Of a stretch of 64,000 nt of DNA, positions 1-10,102 are shown in pieces. Every line of letters starts with the position of its first letter. Within the stretch, counting starts at the first letter, position 1. The notes beneath the pieces are model-generated. The model had not been told where the DNA came from, ran no database searches, and was given only the letters and a program-made list of their open reading frames with translations. This stretch comes from Candidatus Poribacteria bacterium (GTDB taxonomy: Bacteria; Poribacteria; WGA-4E; PCPOR2b), in assembly GCA_965208325.1 (NCBI GenBank), contig OZ242326.1, positions 800,001 through 864,000 of the forward strand, in the 5' to 3' direction. The position numbers and the translations under genes were made by a program.

Positions 1-1032
1 AGACATAATGGCAGCCACTGCGGCTGAAAGAAAGAGGATGAGCAGAAATCGCACGCTGGGAAGCCGTTCCGCAATGTCATTGAGCAAGAACAGAGTAACC
101 TGCTCACTGCCTTGTTTATCTAAGCCCGGAAACTGTGCCGCGCCGACGAGACCGACAACAAACATAAAAAAGGTAGTGAAGATTGGCATGAAGACCATAA
201 TTTGGAAAGATCGCCGCAGCGTCAGTTCGTCCTTAGCGGCGTAGATGCGCTGGACGGCGTGCGGGTAGATTGACGGGCCAAAAAATACGATGATCAATGT
301 GCTCAGCCAAGTGAACTTTTGCTGCAGCGATGGCGGACGCCAAAAGGCGGGTTGGGCCGTCATGAGTTTCTCCGCGGCGGCGGACAATCCGCCGTATTGG
401 TAACTAATGACGCCAAAGATAAAAATGCACCCCGCCGCCAGAAGAATTCCTTGGATAGCATCTGTCCAGGCGACACTTCGAAGCCCACCAAGCGTTTCAT
501 AAACCAGCATAATTAGCGATAAAACAACTATGCCTTGAACAAATGTCACGTACCCTCCAGTCGATGCCTCAACGATGTAACCGATTGCTTTAAGGTTGCT
601 CAGGATGTAATTCCCGAGTGTGATTATGAAAATTACGGTCGAGAGCGACGTCAGCGGGGTAGATTTGAATCGCTGCTGGATATAGTCGCCGATTGTGATA
701 TAACCGTATTGGCGGGAGAGTCGATGCATTTTGGGAGCATATACCAGGTAAGCGCCGACGATTGACATCACAAACGTGACGCTAACCAGAAAAAAATACC
801 CTGTTCGATATACATTTCCCACAAACCCGACTAGCGTGAGGCCGCTGTATTGCGTTGCATACAGGGTAAGGAATAAGACCATCAGTCCGAGTCCCCGGTT
901 GCCGAGGAAAAAGTCGGACATTGAGTTTTCACGGCGTGCAAATCGTCCAGCAAGTCCTACTACAATCAGGGATGTCAAATAGATTCCCATAAAGATTACG
1001 CCGCCAGGCCCGAGCAGTGCTGTCGAATTCAT
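1..1032 (-). CDS. Sodium:solute symporter (SSS/PanF-PutP family), 3' end runs off the window
   Basis: Not in the ORF track. Manual translation from the ATG at 1032 gives MNSTALLGPGGVIFMGIYLTSLIVVGLAGRFARRENSMSDFFLGNRGLG...FLTLYATQYSG...VGFVG, which carries the SSS N-terminal DFFLGxR and ATxxS motifs and many TM helices. Confidence 0.9.
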   Translation of the reverse strand, partial: MNSTALLGPGGVIFMGIYLTSLIVVGLAGRFARRENSMSDFFLGNRGLGLMVLFLTLYATQYSGLTLVGFVGNVYRTGYFFLVSVTFVMSIVGAYLVYAPKMHRLSRQYGYITIGDYIQQRFKSTPLTSLSTVIFIITLGNYILSNLKAIGYIVEASTGGYVTFVQGIVVLSLIMLVYETLGGLRSVAWTDAIQGILLAAGCIFIFGVISYQYGGLSAAAEKLMTAQPAFWRPPSLQQKFTWLSTLIIVFFGPSIYPHAVQRIYAAKDELTLRRSFQIMVFMPIFTTFFMFVVGLVGAAQFPGLDKQGSEQVTLFLLNDIAERLPSVRFLLILFLSAAVAAIMS

Positions 1033-1133
1033 CTAGTGCATTTCCGGAGGTTTGAGCTGCTTAACTTGGTATGATAATTGACGGTTGCCATAACAGATGA
1101 AAACGTGAAGTTGTGTCAGTTTTTGCGGAGGCT

Positions 1134-1352
1134 TTATGATTGAGCGTCGTCGTCGTCCTTGTTGGAGGATACCGACCAGTAGCGGTGGAGGCAGACCGCG
1201 ACGATAACGGCGTACAGAATGGTCGTGCAAAAACTATAGAATGCCCAAGGCGGGAACCCGAAAATCTGAACCGAATGGGATTTTGTGAAGACCCAAGGAA
1301 CGGTAGCCGCAAGGAAGAAGGTCAATAAAAAGTATAGTTTCTTTCGTGTCAT
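1134..1352 (-). CDS. Small two-TM membrane protein (YhdT/DUF997- or DUF3311-like partner of an SSS transporter)
   Basis: MTRKKLYFLLTFFLAATVPW...IFGFPPWAFYS...: two hydrophobic segments with a GFPxW motif, directly upstream of the SSS gene as in yhdT-panF. Confidence 0.7.
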   Translation of the reverse strand: MTRKKLYFLLTFFLAATVPWVFTKSHSVQIFGFPPWAFYSFCTTILYAVIVAVCLHRYWSVSSNKDDDDAQS

Positions 1353-1694
1353 AATGTTTGTTGTCTTCAAACCCACTATAATGTGCGCGTAATCGTCGGA
1401 GACAATGCGCGATGATTCGCAGATGGGTGTGATTCAAATAACAGCGGAACACGTTTTTTTGAAGGGAAAACAAAATCTAAGTCCAATGTCTACACCAACT
1501 GGTCCAATTTGGAGACAATCGTGCCAATCCCAGCATATTAACCTGCGTCAATAACTAATTCCTCAAACAAGCAAGATGAGCCTATCGGGTTCAATACCCC
1601 TAACCATAGCCGATTCTCGTGGGAATGTCAATATTTAAGATTTCTGCCAGCCCATTGCGCTGATGTCTGAGAACGCCGCATTGCTATTCACACC

Positions 1695-1724
1695 TTGACG
1701 TCAACACCCGCTTACCGCTAAAAT
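1695..1724 (+). promoter_or_regulatory. Putative sigma70 promoter
   Basis: TTGACG-18 nt-TAAAAT about 30 nt upstream of the ATG at 1757. Confidence 0.5.
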
Positions 1725-1756
1725 ATTCGATACAATTCACACATGGGAAGAATTTG

Positions 1757-4411
1757 ATGATTCTAAAGCTGACAATGATGGGTGTCTGTAATCTGTTTAT
1801 TCTCGGACTAACGGGTTACATTTTCAGATGCCTCCGAACTAAAACCTTTCATCTTGACCTGCCAATTTTTGGTTTCTTATGGATTTTCAATGCAACGTTT
1901 TTCACATTTCTCTTCGGCGTCGTTGGTGCCTTGAAACCGGCCTTTATGACGCTTGTTAGCCTCATCGGCTTGTGTGTGATGGCGGTGCATGTCTACCGGC
2001 AAAGGCTACTCTCCGCTGCCACACGGACTGCGTTCTTCAATCGGGTAATGGGCACAAAACTCAGCGTCGTCGGGTGGTTTCTCGCCGCGGCGGCAGTCCT
2101 TCAACTGGGGCGCATTGCATTTCATGTTTGGTATATACCGCCTTATGTCCACGACACGCTAACCTACCATCTTCCCAATGTCGCCGAATGGGTGCAAAAC
2201 GCTAGAATCCACGCCATCTCAACGCCAGTCATTCGAAGTAACTGGCCCGCGGCGTTTGAGGTGTTTGAGACCTGGTTCGTCGTTTTCCTACATCACGATC
2301 TTCTAATTCAACTCGGCAGCGCCGTTTGCTACCTGCTTGCAGTTGCATCGGTATACGCCATAGGCCGAGCGTTAGGCATGGGAACGCATCTTGCAGCTGG
2401 AGTCGCGTTGCTCTTTGCCTATACACCATCGGTGGCGATTCACGCGACCTCTTGCAAAAACGACCTCGCTGCAGCGGCCTTTTACCTGTTTTCGATGGCA
2501 GTATTGGTGGACCTTTGGCGAAACGGAGACAATGCCAATTTTCCTTTGAATCGCCGGTTGCTGCTATTGGCGATGGCGTTTACTTTCGGTGTGGGCACTA
2601 AGGCATATACGGTTTTTATTGCGCCGGGTCTAATTCTCTTGGTAATTCTTGCGTTGTGCAAACATCGGTTGTTAAGAGCCAGCATCAGTGTGCTGCATCC
2701 CAGGAATTTGCCATCAAAACGGCTACTCTTGCTTTATGCTAGCCTTCTCTTAAGCAGCGGGATTTTGGCGTGCTACTGGTATGTGCGCAACTACCTGGTC
2801 TTTGATAATCCGTTCTATCCGGCCGATTTTCGGCTCTTTGGGCATCTTATTTTTGGATCGGGAAATCCGCCCAACCCCGCCATATCTGCCCAATCTTCCT
2901 TTAGCTTGCACTCCATGTGGCAGAACACACGGCACCTCGTGTCTTTCAAGATTTTCGATCAACTCCGATATTACGCAGATTTACATCGCATTACCGGCTG
3001 GGGCTGGTTTTGTTTTGCGTGTGGAATTTCGTCCGTAATTTACGGTGCAGTGTTTGAAAAAGAGGTACGCGCTCTCATCTTCTGTTTTTTTCTTTCCTTG
3101 TTGTCGATGCTGGGTTGGATATTCGTTGATGATTGGCACGGGCGGTTCCTTCATTTTTTCCCGCCCATCTTTGCGATTGCATTTGGTGCAATGCTGATGC
3201 ATCTGCGAATTCGCTGGGTTTGGGCGCCGTTATCGGTGTTTGCGGCTATCTGCAGCCTTTGCAACTTCGTTGCGGTGCTCAATGTCGGTGTATTTGATAA
3301 AGGAAGCATGAAACATCTTATGAACACGCCTCCGCTAGAGCGCTCTGCTTCGCACCGAAGTATACGCTGGTCTGCTGGCGGCGCATATCAAAGGGTACAT
3401 AACCGAGTTCCAAAGGACGAAGTTATCGGCTATAACGTTGGAAAAAACCACGTTATCTATCCTCTATATGACAGCGACCTATCCCGCCGTCTCCACTACA
3501 TTCCCAATTCCATCGAAAACGTCAGAGATTATATGATATCTGAGGGAATCCACTACCTGTACGCCCCCGAAACGGGAGAACGTGGCGCGTGGGCAGATCC
3601 TTATGTCGGTCATCAAATTGGCATTCGGAACGGCAGAATGGCAACATGGTTCAACGTTCAGTCGGTCAACCGCGAGTACGATTCCGGAACTATTCGCGCC
3701 GACGAATGGACACACCTGGCATTTACCTTCAATGGGCGAGAGACCGCATCTTACGTGAATGGCGAAGCTGCAGCAAAACATACAGACCGGCGAGGAAAAA
3801 TTGAATTTAGGGAAAATCCACATTTTGTTATCGGAGACCGGTCTAACGCCGTGCCGGGCGAGCCTTTCAAGGGTTTGGTCGATGAAGTCACACTGTTCAA
3901 TCGTGCGTTACGTCAACAGGAAATTGAGGCGGTAATGAACCGCGGAGTTTTTCCAGCTGTACGTATCGATAACACATCATCCGTGACTTCAGCGAACTTT
4001 GATGGTCTGGTAGCTTACTATCGATTTGATCAAGGCACTATAGACGTGTCCGGGAATAGCCACGATGGAAAAATTGCCGGCGTTGTGGAGTTAGTTCCAG
4101 ATGATGGAGCACCCATTCCAAATGGCAATGGATGTGTCCGGTTTTTGGGTCGTCCGGGCATGGTTGTGGATTGCGGCAACGCACCAGAACTCCGAATTGC
4201 GCAAAATTTGACGTTGATGGCATGGGTCAAAGCCGAGACAGTTGGTCCGACACAGTTCGTTGCAGGTCCAGCTTACGCTGGTGGAAAATGGTATAAAAAT
4301 TCGCACATTCGAAATGCGATTCGCAATGGGGAACTCACTAAACTAACGGAGCATCTTTATGCACTTAAATCGACTGAAACAAATCGTCGGTTTTATGATT
4401 CTACCGATTAA
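1757..4411 (+). CDS. Multi-pass GT-C-type (ArnT/PMT-like) glycosyltransferase with an inserted LamG/ConA-like domain
   Basis: About 13 TM helices, a DTLTYHLP luminal motif, SCKNDL, GTKAY and WYVRN...NPFYP motifs. The C-terminal region has LamG motifs (EWTHLAFTFNG, YVNG, FKGLVDEVTLFNRAL, GLVAYYRFD, LTLMAWVK). Confidence 0.75.
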   Translation: MILKLTMMGVCNLFILGLTGYIFRCLRTKTFHLDLPIFGFLWIFNATFFTFLFGVVGALKPAFMTLVSLIGLCVMAVHVYRQRLLSAATRTAFFNRVMGTKLSVVGWFLAAAAVLQLGRIAFHVWYIPPYVHDTLTYHLPNVAEWVQNARIHAISTPVIRSNWPAAFEVFETWFVVFLHHDLLIQLGSAVCYLLAVASVYAIGRALGMGTHLAAGVALLFAYTPSVAIHATSCKNDLAAAAFYLFSMAVLVDLWRNGDNANFPLNRRLLLLAMAFTFGVGTKAYTVFIAPGLILLVILALCKHRLLRASISVLHPRNLPSKRLLLLYASLLLSSGILACYWYVRNYLVFDNPFYPADFRLFGHLIFGSGNPPNPAISAQSSFSLHSMWQNTRHLVSFKIFDQLRYYADLHRITGWGWFCFACGISSVIYGAVFEKEVRALIFCFFLSLLSMLGWIFVDDWHGRFLHFFPPIFAIAFGAMLMHLRIRWVWAPLSVFAAICSLCNFVAVLNVGVFDKGSMKHLMNTPPLERSASHRSIRWSAGGAYQRVHNRVPKDEVIGYNVGKNHVIYPLYDSDLSRRLHYIPNSIENVRDYMISEGIHYLYAPETGERGAWADPYVGHQIGIRNGRMATWFNVQSVNREYDSGTIRADEWTHLAFTFNGRETASYVNGEAAAKHTDRRGKIEFRENPHFVIGDRSNAVPGEPFKGLVDEVTLFNRALRQQEIEAVMNRGVFPAVRIDNTSSVTSANFDGLVAYYRFDQGTIDVSGNSHDGKIAGVVELVPDDGAPIPNGNGCVRFLGRPGMVVDCGNAPELRIAQNLTLMAWVKAETVGPTQFVAGPAYAGGKWYKNSHIRNAIRNGELTKLTEHLYALKSTETNRRFYDSTD

Positions 4412-4557
4412 TTTGTGTTTATTTTACGTGTACTTCACCAAGCAAGCCAAGTTCTCGTTCGAGTTCATATTGTCACTGTTGCGGCGTTGAGTCAGTTGAC
4501 CACGAATTCGTATAGTAGACGGCACATGCAGTGTACTTGCTGCTTTATGTTTTTTGC

Positions 4558-4586
4558 TTGACCGACCTACCTCCAAGTGATATGAT
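4558..4586 (+). promoter_or_regulatory. Putative sigma70 promoter of def-larE-glcF
   Basis: TTGACC-17 nt-TATGAT with an extended TGn. Confidence 0.6.
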
Positions 4587-4640
4587 TAGTGTCTATTTCA
4601 AGGGAAATTTCATGAACTAAGGCAGGGTGTTTTCCTAGCG

Positions 4641-5252
4641 ATGGCAAAGCGCGGACGAAACAAAAGGACAGCCTCGCCCCCAAGGCCGAGGTTTTCCCGA
4701 ACGCCGGAGGATGACGTATCGAACTACAACAATACAGGGCCTCTCCCCATTCGACTCTATGGAGATCCCGTATTGCGCCAAAAAGCGCTGCCCATTCGGA
4801 AAATAACCGACGTTGAGCAGAAACTTGCTAAAGACATGTTGGCGACAATGTATGCCGCTCCAAACGGCGTTGGGCTAGCAGCACCACAAGTGGGCGTTTT
4901 GAAGCGATTGATTGTAATTGACCTGAATCGAGATGATGTATCTAGCAAACCGTTAGTGTTGATTAATCCTGAAACACAGCGTCTTGACGGCGAATCAATT
5001 GAAGATGAAGGCTGCTTAAGCATACCTAATATTACGGCGGAAGTCAAACGCGCCAACGAGGCGGTAGTTTCTGCGTTGGACATGAATGAAGAGACAGTCT
5101 CCGTCGAGACTGAAGGCTTGCTCGCGCGCGTTTTGCAGCATGAAATCGACCATCTTGACGGCGTCCTATTTATCGATCGCGTTAAGGGTTTTAGGCGCCA
5201 GGTCTTGCGAAAGAAATTACGGAAACTCAAAAATAACACGCTACGCCAGTAA
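4641..5252 (+). CDS. def: Peptide deformylase
   Basis: GVGLAAPQVG, EGCLS and QHEIDHLDG motifs. Confidence 0.97.
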   Translation: MAKRGRNKRTASPPRPRFSRTPEDDVSNYNNTGPLPIRLYGDPVLRQKALPIRKITDVEQKLAKDMLATMYAAPNGVGLAAPQVGVLKRLIVIDLNRDDVSSKPLVLINPETQRLDGESIEDEGCLSIPNITAEVKRANEAVVSALDMNEETVSVETEGLLARVLQHEIDHLDGVLFIDRVKGFRRQVLRKKLRKLKNNTLRQ

Positions 5253-5386
5253 AGTGTTAACACGGCACAACGGATTGATACAAAGACGGGACAGTCACGT
5301 GAGTTCAGAATTCCCACTTGAATATTTTAAATTTGAGGTCAAGTCATTTTACCAAGAATGGCTGTGATGCCACGCAAGTGTTGTCT

Positions 5387-6223
5387 ATGACAAAGAAAGT
5401 TGAATCTTTCAATACCAATCAGAAGTTAAGTTTGCTTCTTGAGCGATTAAAGTCCTACCGAAGTGTAATTGTGGCTTTTTCAGGTGGGGTTGATAGCACG
5501 TTCTTAGCTGAATGTGCCCACCGTGCGATCGGGAAGGACGCCCTTGCCGTGACAGCGATCTCGGATTCTTACCCCGAACGCGAGATGAAAGCGGCACTGG
5601 AAATTGCCGAATTGATAGGCATTCGACTTGAAACGATACATACGGAAGAACTTGAGATTGAAGGATATACAAGCAATCCCTCAAACCGTTGTTACTTTTG
5701 CAAGACTGAACTATTTGATAAACTCCGCCCCATCGCTGAGAAATATCAAATTGGCACAGTTGTTTACGGCGCAATCCCAGATGACATCGGGGATTTTCGG
5801 CCCGGCATGGAGGCAGCCAAAGCCATGGGCGTTCAAGCGCCTCTCATTGATGTAGGTTTGACAAAAGCAGAAATTCGGGAACTATTAAGAGATTGGGGCT
5901 TCCCGATATGGGATAAACCCGCGTTCGCTTGTTTGTCATCTCGATTTCCTTACGGGACGAGAATTACTCGCCAAAACCTGCGGCGCATTGATGCGGCGGA
6001 GCAGATTTTGTATGATTTGGGAATTCGTCAATTCCGCGTGCGTCATCATGAAAACCTCGCAAGGATTGAAATTAATCCAGAAGAGATTGAACACATGGCC
6101 GGCAAACAGATTCGTGCCCAAATCTATGAAGAGTTTACGTCTCTGGGTTATCAGTTCGTCACCCTGGATTTACAGGGGTATAGGCCGGGAAGTTTAAACG
6201 AGGGTCTGCAAATTTCGACATAG
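5387..6223 (+). CDS. larE: LarE-family ATP-dependent sulfur transferase (PP-loop)
   Basis: AFSGGVDS PP-loop, NRCYFCK, DFRPG, WDKPAFACLSSRFPYG and VTLDLQGYRPGSLN. The start is taken at the ATG at 5387. Confidence 0.92.
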   Translation: MTKKVESFNTNQKLSLLLERLKSYRSVIVAFSGGVDSTFLAECAHRAIGKDALAVTAISDSYPEREMKAALEIAELIGIRLETIHTEELEIEGYTSNPSNRCYFCKTELFDKLRPIAEKYQIGTVVYGAIPDDIGDFRPGMEAAKAMGVQAPLIDVGLTKAEIRELLRDWGFPIWDKPAFACLSSRFPYGTRITRQNLRRIDAAEQILYDLGIRQFRVRHHENLARIEINPEEIEHMAGKQIRAQIYEEFTSLGYQFVTLDLQGYRPGSLNEGLQIST

Positions 6224-6229
6224 CAGCAG

Positions 6230-7609
6230 GTGGTCGTCAATGCTGCAAAAAAAATAAACTGGGAAAAAACAGTGCTGCAACAACAAACGGAATCCGTTCG
6301 ACCAGCAGAACCGATGATTGGCGCCGAGATATTCAATTGGACCAAATGGGATGCGTGTACCCACTGCGGTTTGTGCCTGCCGACTTGTCCTACGTACCGC
6401 GAGCTGGGCCTGGAAACCGATTCCCCGCGCGGCAGACTATATCTTATGGGTGCTGCATTTAGGGCTGGAGATCCCGTTCCTCTCAATGAGAACTGGGCGA
6501 AGTATATGTACCGCTGCTTGGATTGCCGTGCATGCGAAACAGCGTGTCCTTCCGGGGTGCATTTTGGAGAGATAATGGAGGAAGCGCGCGCGATTTACGA
6601 ACTGAATACGAACCGTCCTGCAGAAGAAAAGTTTTGGAGGCGATTTGCGTTCAAGGAGATTCTCCCGCACAAGAAGCGGTTGGATTTTATTTTCGGTGCG
6701 CTGTGGCTGTATCAACGGCTGGGAATTCGTTGGTTTGCCCAAAAGTCGGGTTTGCTTAGGTTAATGGGGAAACTAGGAGAAGTGGAGCCGCTCATGCCCA
6801 CGGTTTCCAATCCGTACCTAAAATCCAAACTTCAGGAATTCACACCGTCAAAAGGAAAAGCTCGATATCGGGTTGGGTTAATTTCCGGATGTGTCATGAA
6901 TCAGGTATTTGCAGAGACGAACTTGGCAACTGTCCGCGTACTAATCGAGAACGGCTGCGATGTCATCACGCCGGCTGGGCAAACTTGCTGCGGCGCATTG
7001 CATGTCCACAATGGTGTGCGTGATGTTGGCTTGGACCTTGCGCGACAGAATATTGATACGTTCAATACGGAAGACCTAGACGCGATAATTATAAACGCAG
7101 CAGGATGCGGCGCCACGCTCAAAGAATACGGGAGTTTGTTGGAACGCGATCCCATGTATGCCGAAAAATCGAAGGCGTTTAGTGCGAAGATGAGGGACAT
7201 CAGCGAGTTCCTTACCGAGATTGGCATGAAGCCGCCTGAAGGCGTGATTAATCGCCGCGTGACGTACGACGAACCGTGCCATCTCGTACATGGGCAGGGA
7301 AGTCGACTCCAGCCTCGCAGTGTGCTGCAGTCTATTCCGGGACTGGATTTTATCGAATTGCATGAATCAGAATGGTGTTGCGGCAGTGCGGGGATTTATA
7401 ACATTACGCAACCAGAGATGTCGGCGCGGATACTGAAGCGTAAGATGGAACACATTGCGGAAGTTGACGCAGAAGTCGTCGCTACGGGCAATCCGGGTTG
7501 TGTATTGCAACTGCAACTAGGCATTCAAAAACACAACTTGCCGATGAAAGTAATGCACCCGATTGAACTTCTCGATTGTTCTTATCGGGGGATAGATCCG
7601 CTTGGGTGA
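6230..7609 (+). CDS. glcF: Glycolate/2-hydroxyacid oxidase Fe-S subunit
   Basis: Two CxxCxxCxxxCP motifs (CTHCGLCLPTCP, CLDCRACETACP), SPRGR, CCG domains (TCCGALH, WCCGSAG) and NPGC. Confidence 0.92.
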   Translation: MVVNAAKKINWEKTVLQQQTESVRPAEPMIGAEIFNWTKWDACTHCGLCLPTCPTYRELGLETDSPRGRLYLMGAAFRAGDPVPLNENWAKYMYRCLDCRACETACPSGVHFGEIMEEARAIYELNTNRPAEEKFWRRFAFKEILPHKKRLDFIFGALWLYQRLGIRWFAQKSGLLRLMGKLGEVEPLMPTVSNPYLKSKLQEFTPSKGKARYRVGLISGCVMNQVFAETNLATVRVLIENGCDVITPAGQTCCGALHVHNGVRDVGLDLARQNIDTFNTEDLDAIIINAAGCGATLKEYGSLLERDPMYAEKSKAFSAKMRDISEFLTEIGMKPPEGVINRRVTYDEPCHLVHGQGSRLQPRSVLQSIPGLDFIELHESEWCCGSAGIYNITQPEMSARILKRKMEHIAEVDAEVVATGNPGCVLQLQLGIQKHNLPMKVMHPIELLDCSYRGIDPLG

Positions 7610-7703
7610 TTCGGCGCGTATATATTAGCTCCACCGAGATTGAATTTACTTTTGCAGTTTACGGGTATTTCTTCCTACAGACAGCTTACACCAGTTTCAC
7701 TTC

Positions 7704-8987
7704 CTACCATTGCGAAGCCAATTCATTTTTGACGAACTTGCCTTCAATCATAACTGCTTTGGGGTTCAATTCGGCGTCTAGAATGACAAGATCCGCGTCT
7801 TTTCCGGGTGCAATAGACCCCTTCTGATTATCCAATTTGAGACTTTTCGCGGGCGTGAGGGTCGCCATAGCCACGGCTTCCTCTAAGGAATATCCCCAAC
7901 TGACGACGTTTCGCAATCCCTCCATCAGCGTAATCATCCCACCATAGAGTCTCGCGTCGCGTTCCCCCAGGTTTATCCAGACGGCTCGGTTTTTGATGAA
8001 ATAGTTAAGATTGGAGCCGGCGGATAATTTTTCCCAATCTAGCCGGTAAGCGTCGAGATCAGGCTCATACACGGAATGTTGTATCCACTCCTCTTTTGAA
8101 ATACCCGCCGAGGCGGTACTATCCGTAACAAGTCCTACGCCGTCAATCCCTTTCCACATAATTAGCGTTTTCGCCCAAATTGGATTGACATGTATTCCAT
8201 CGACGATGATTTCCGCATGTATCTTGGGATGCTTAAAGATTGCTTCGACTGCGCCGAGATTTCGGTGGTGCATGCCGCTCATGCCATTAAATGTGTGAGT
8301 CGCTCGTGTAATCCCAGCATCTATTGCCGCCATGGCTTGGTCATACGTTGCGTTGGTGTGTCCCATCGCAACGGTGATGTTATTGTAGGCTTCTTCACTG
8401 TAAGTAGCAAGGTGTTTCGTGAATTTTAGCCCGTCATCATCTTCCGGCGCAATTGATATTATTTTAATGGTGCCATCTGAAGCCGCCCACATGGCGTGGA
8501 AATCTTCAAAATTCGGGGAACAAATGTACTCTAAATTTTGAGCACCCCGCTTTTCACGGCTCCCGAATTTCCCTTCCACGTAGGATCCCAGAATTCGCGC
8601 ACCGCCTTCAACGGGATTGTTTACGAGGTATCCCACCGCGTCTAGCGCGTGATTGATTTGTTCCATGCTAGCTGATGAGATTGTTAATACGATTGAAGTG
8701 ACGCCTTGCGCGGCGTGCGCTCGAGCTGTTTTTTCTAAATCCTTAGCATTGCTGAAAAGTGTGTCGGCACCGCCACCCCCGTGAACCAGCGTATCGATTA
8801 AGCCAGGAATCACGATGCAATCCGCCGCGTTGACAACAGTTGCCGATTGGTATTCGGATGCGTCGAACGATTCAGTACCAATCGAATCAATCTTGTTACC
8901 TCGAATGAAGATGTTGCTTTCCGACTGATATGCGGGAGCATAAACCTCGCCGCCGATAATGGCGATTCTTGTATCATCTGGTGTCAT
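7704..8987 (-). CDS. nagA: NagA-family N-acetylhexosamine-6-phosphate deacetylase (divergent)
   Basis: PGLID..HG, EG, APE, MGHTNAT, THTFNGM, DGIHV, LVTDS and KGSIAPGKDADLV amidohydrolase motifs. Confidence 0.82.
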   Translation of the reverse strand: MTPDDTRIAIIGGEVYAPAYQSESNIFIRGNKIDSIGTESFDASEYQSATVVNAADCIVIPGLIDTLVHGGGGADTLFSNAKDLEKTARAHAAQGVTSIVLTISSASMEQINHALDAVGYLVNNPVEGGARILGSYVEGKFGSREKRGAQNLEYICSPNFEDFHAMWAASDGTIKIISIAPEDDDGLKFTKHLATYSEEAYNNITVAMGHTNATYDQAMAAIDAGITRATHTFNGMSGMHHRNLGAVEAIFKHPKIHAEIIVDGIHVNPIWAKTLIMWKGIDGVGLVTDSTASAGISKEEWIQHSVYEPDLDAYRLDWEKLSAGSNLNYFIKNRAVWINLGERDARLYGGMITLMEGLRNVVSWGYSLEEAVAMATLTPAKSLKLDNQKGSIAPGKDADLVILDAELNPKAVMIEGKFVKNELASQW

Positions 8988-9198
8988 TTAGCATTCCATT
9001 TGATAGTTAAGATATTTTTCAATGGATTCGGAGTGGCGACTACGCGTCCATCTAGCAACGGGGTTGCAAGAGATTAACCATGTATTCAAGATTTACTAAC
9101 TCAGTGAATTTAACCCGCGTTTCAGCTAACATAGGCTGAGTGTTTTGGGGTAATTGGGTATTGAAGGTGAATCGAAGGATTTCCATTTCTAGAAAAAC

Positions 9199-9945
9199 TC
9201 AATACGTTGCTCTGCCGCCACTCACATCGTAACACTGCCCGGTAACGAAACTAGCGTCGTCCGAAGCCAAGAAATGAACGACAGCGGCAACTTCCTCGGG
9301 CTTTCCCACTCGGCCTAACGGAATCTTGCTGACCATATAATCAATCGTAGACTGGCTTACTTGTTCGAGGATGCTTGTATCAATAACGGCTGGCGAGACA
9401 CAATTAACGCATAAATTGTGCGCCGTGACCTCTTTGGCAAGTGCTTTAGTCAGGCAAATGACACCTGCCTTGGAAGCAGAGTAAGGAATAAGCGTTGGAT
9501 TTCCTTCCTTGCCCGCGATTGAGGCAACATTCACAATCTTGCCGTATTTTCGTTGAATCATATGATTGATGACGGCTTTGCAACAGAGGAAAACACCTTT
9601 TAAATTCAAATCAATGACCCTATCCCAATCGGATTCATCCAATTCCGTCAGCGGCGCAGTTTTGCCAGCGATGCCTGCGTTGTTTATCAGAATATCAATC
9701 TGATTCAACGTGTTCAATGTCCGGTGGACCATTTCTTGAATCTCATCTCGTTTTGAGACATCTGCCTGGATGGGCAGCGCACGGCACTGCAATTCTTCAA
9801 TCTCTCGAGCTACCTCTTTTAAGCTCGCCAAATCAATATCTACCGGGACTACATCCGCTCCAGCTTGTGCGAAACGAAGTGAGATCGCCCGCCCAATCCC
9901 TTTTCCTGCGCCAGTTACAATAGCAACCTTTCCGCTTAAGTTCAT
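9199..9945 (-). CDS. Short-chain dehydrogenase/reductase (FabG-like; C-terminus resembles 2-keto-3-deoxy sugar-acid dehydrogenases)
   Basis: TGAGKGIG, NNAG, YSASK and a C-terminal YDVSGGRATY. Confidence 0.9.
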   Translation of the reverse strand: MNLSGKVAIVTGAGKGIGRAISLRFAQAGADVVPVDIDLASLKEVAREIEELQCRALPIQADVSKRDEIQEMVHRTLNTLNQIDILINNAGIAGKTAPLTELDESDWDRVIDLNLKGVFLCCKAVINHMIQRKYGKIVNVASIAGKEGNPTLIPYSASKAGVICLTKALAKEVTAHNLCVNCVSPAVIDTSILEQVSQSTIDYMVSKIPLGRVGKPEEVAAVVHFLASDDASFVTGQCYDVSGGRATY

Positions 9946-10102
9946 ATGCCCCTCCTTGTGTCAATTGAGTCTGTTGCTGTCGTACAAAACCAACATTGAA
10001 TGTTGGGATGAATGTAAATTGTGTTTATCCGCATGGGTTGGATTCTCGGTGAATATTGTGAATATAGGCAAATAACCGGTGGAAACTAATTCTAAGGATG
10101 CA

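Noticed and set aside
1575..1625. tRNA-like GGGTTCAATACCC
   Set aside because: No cloverleaf, D-arm or acceptor stem could be built around it.
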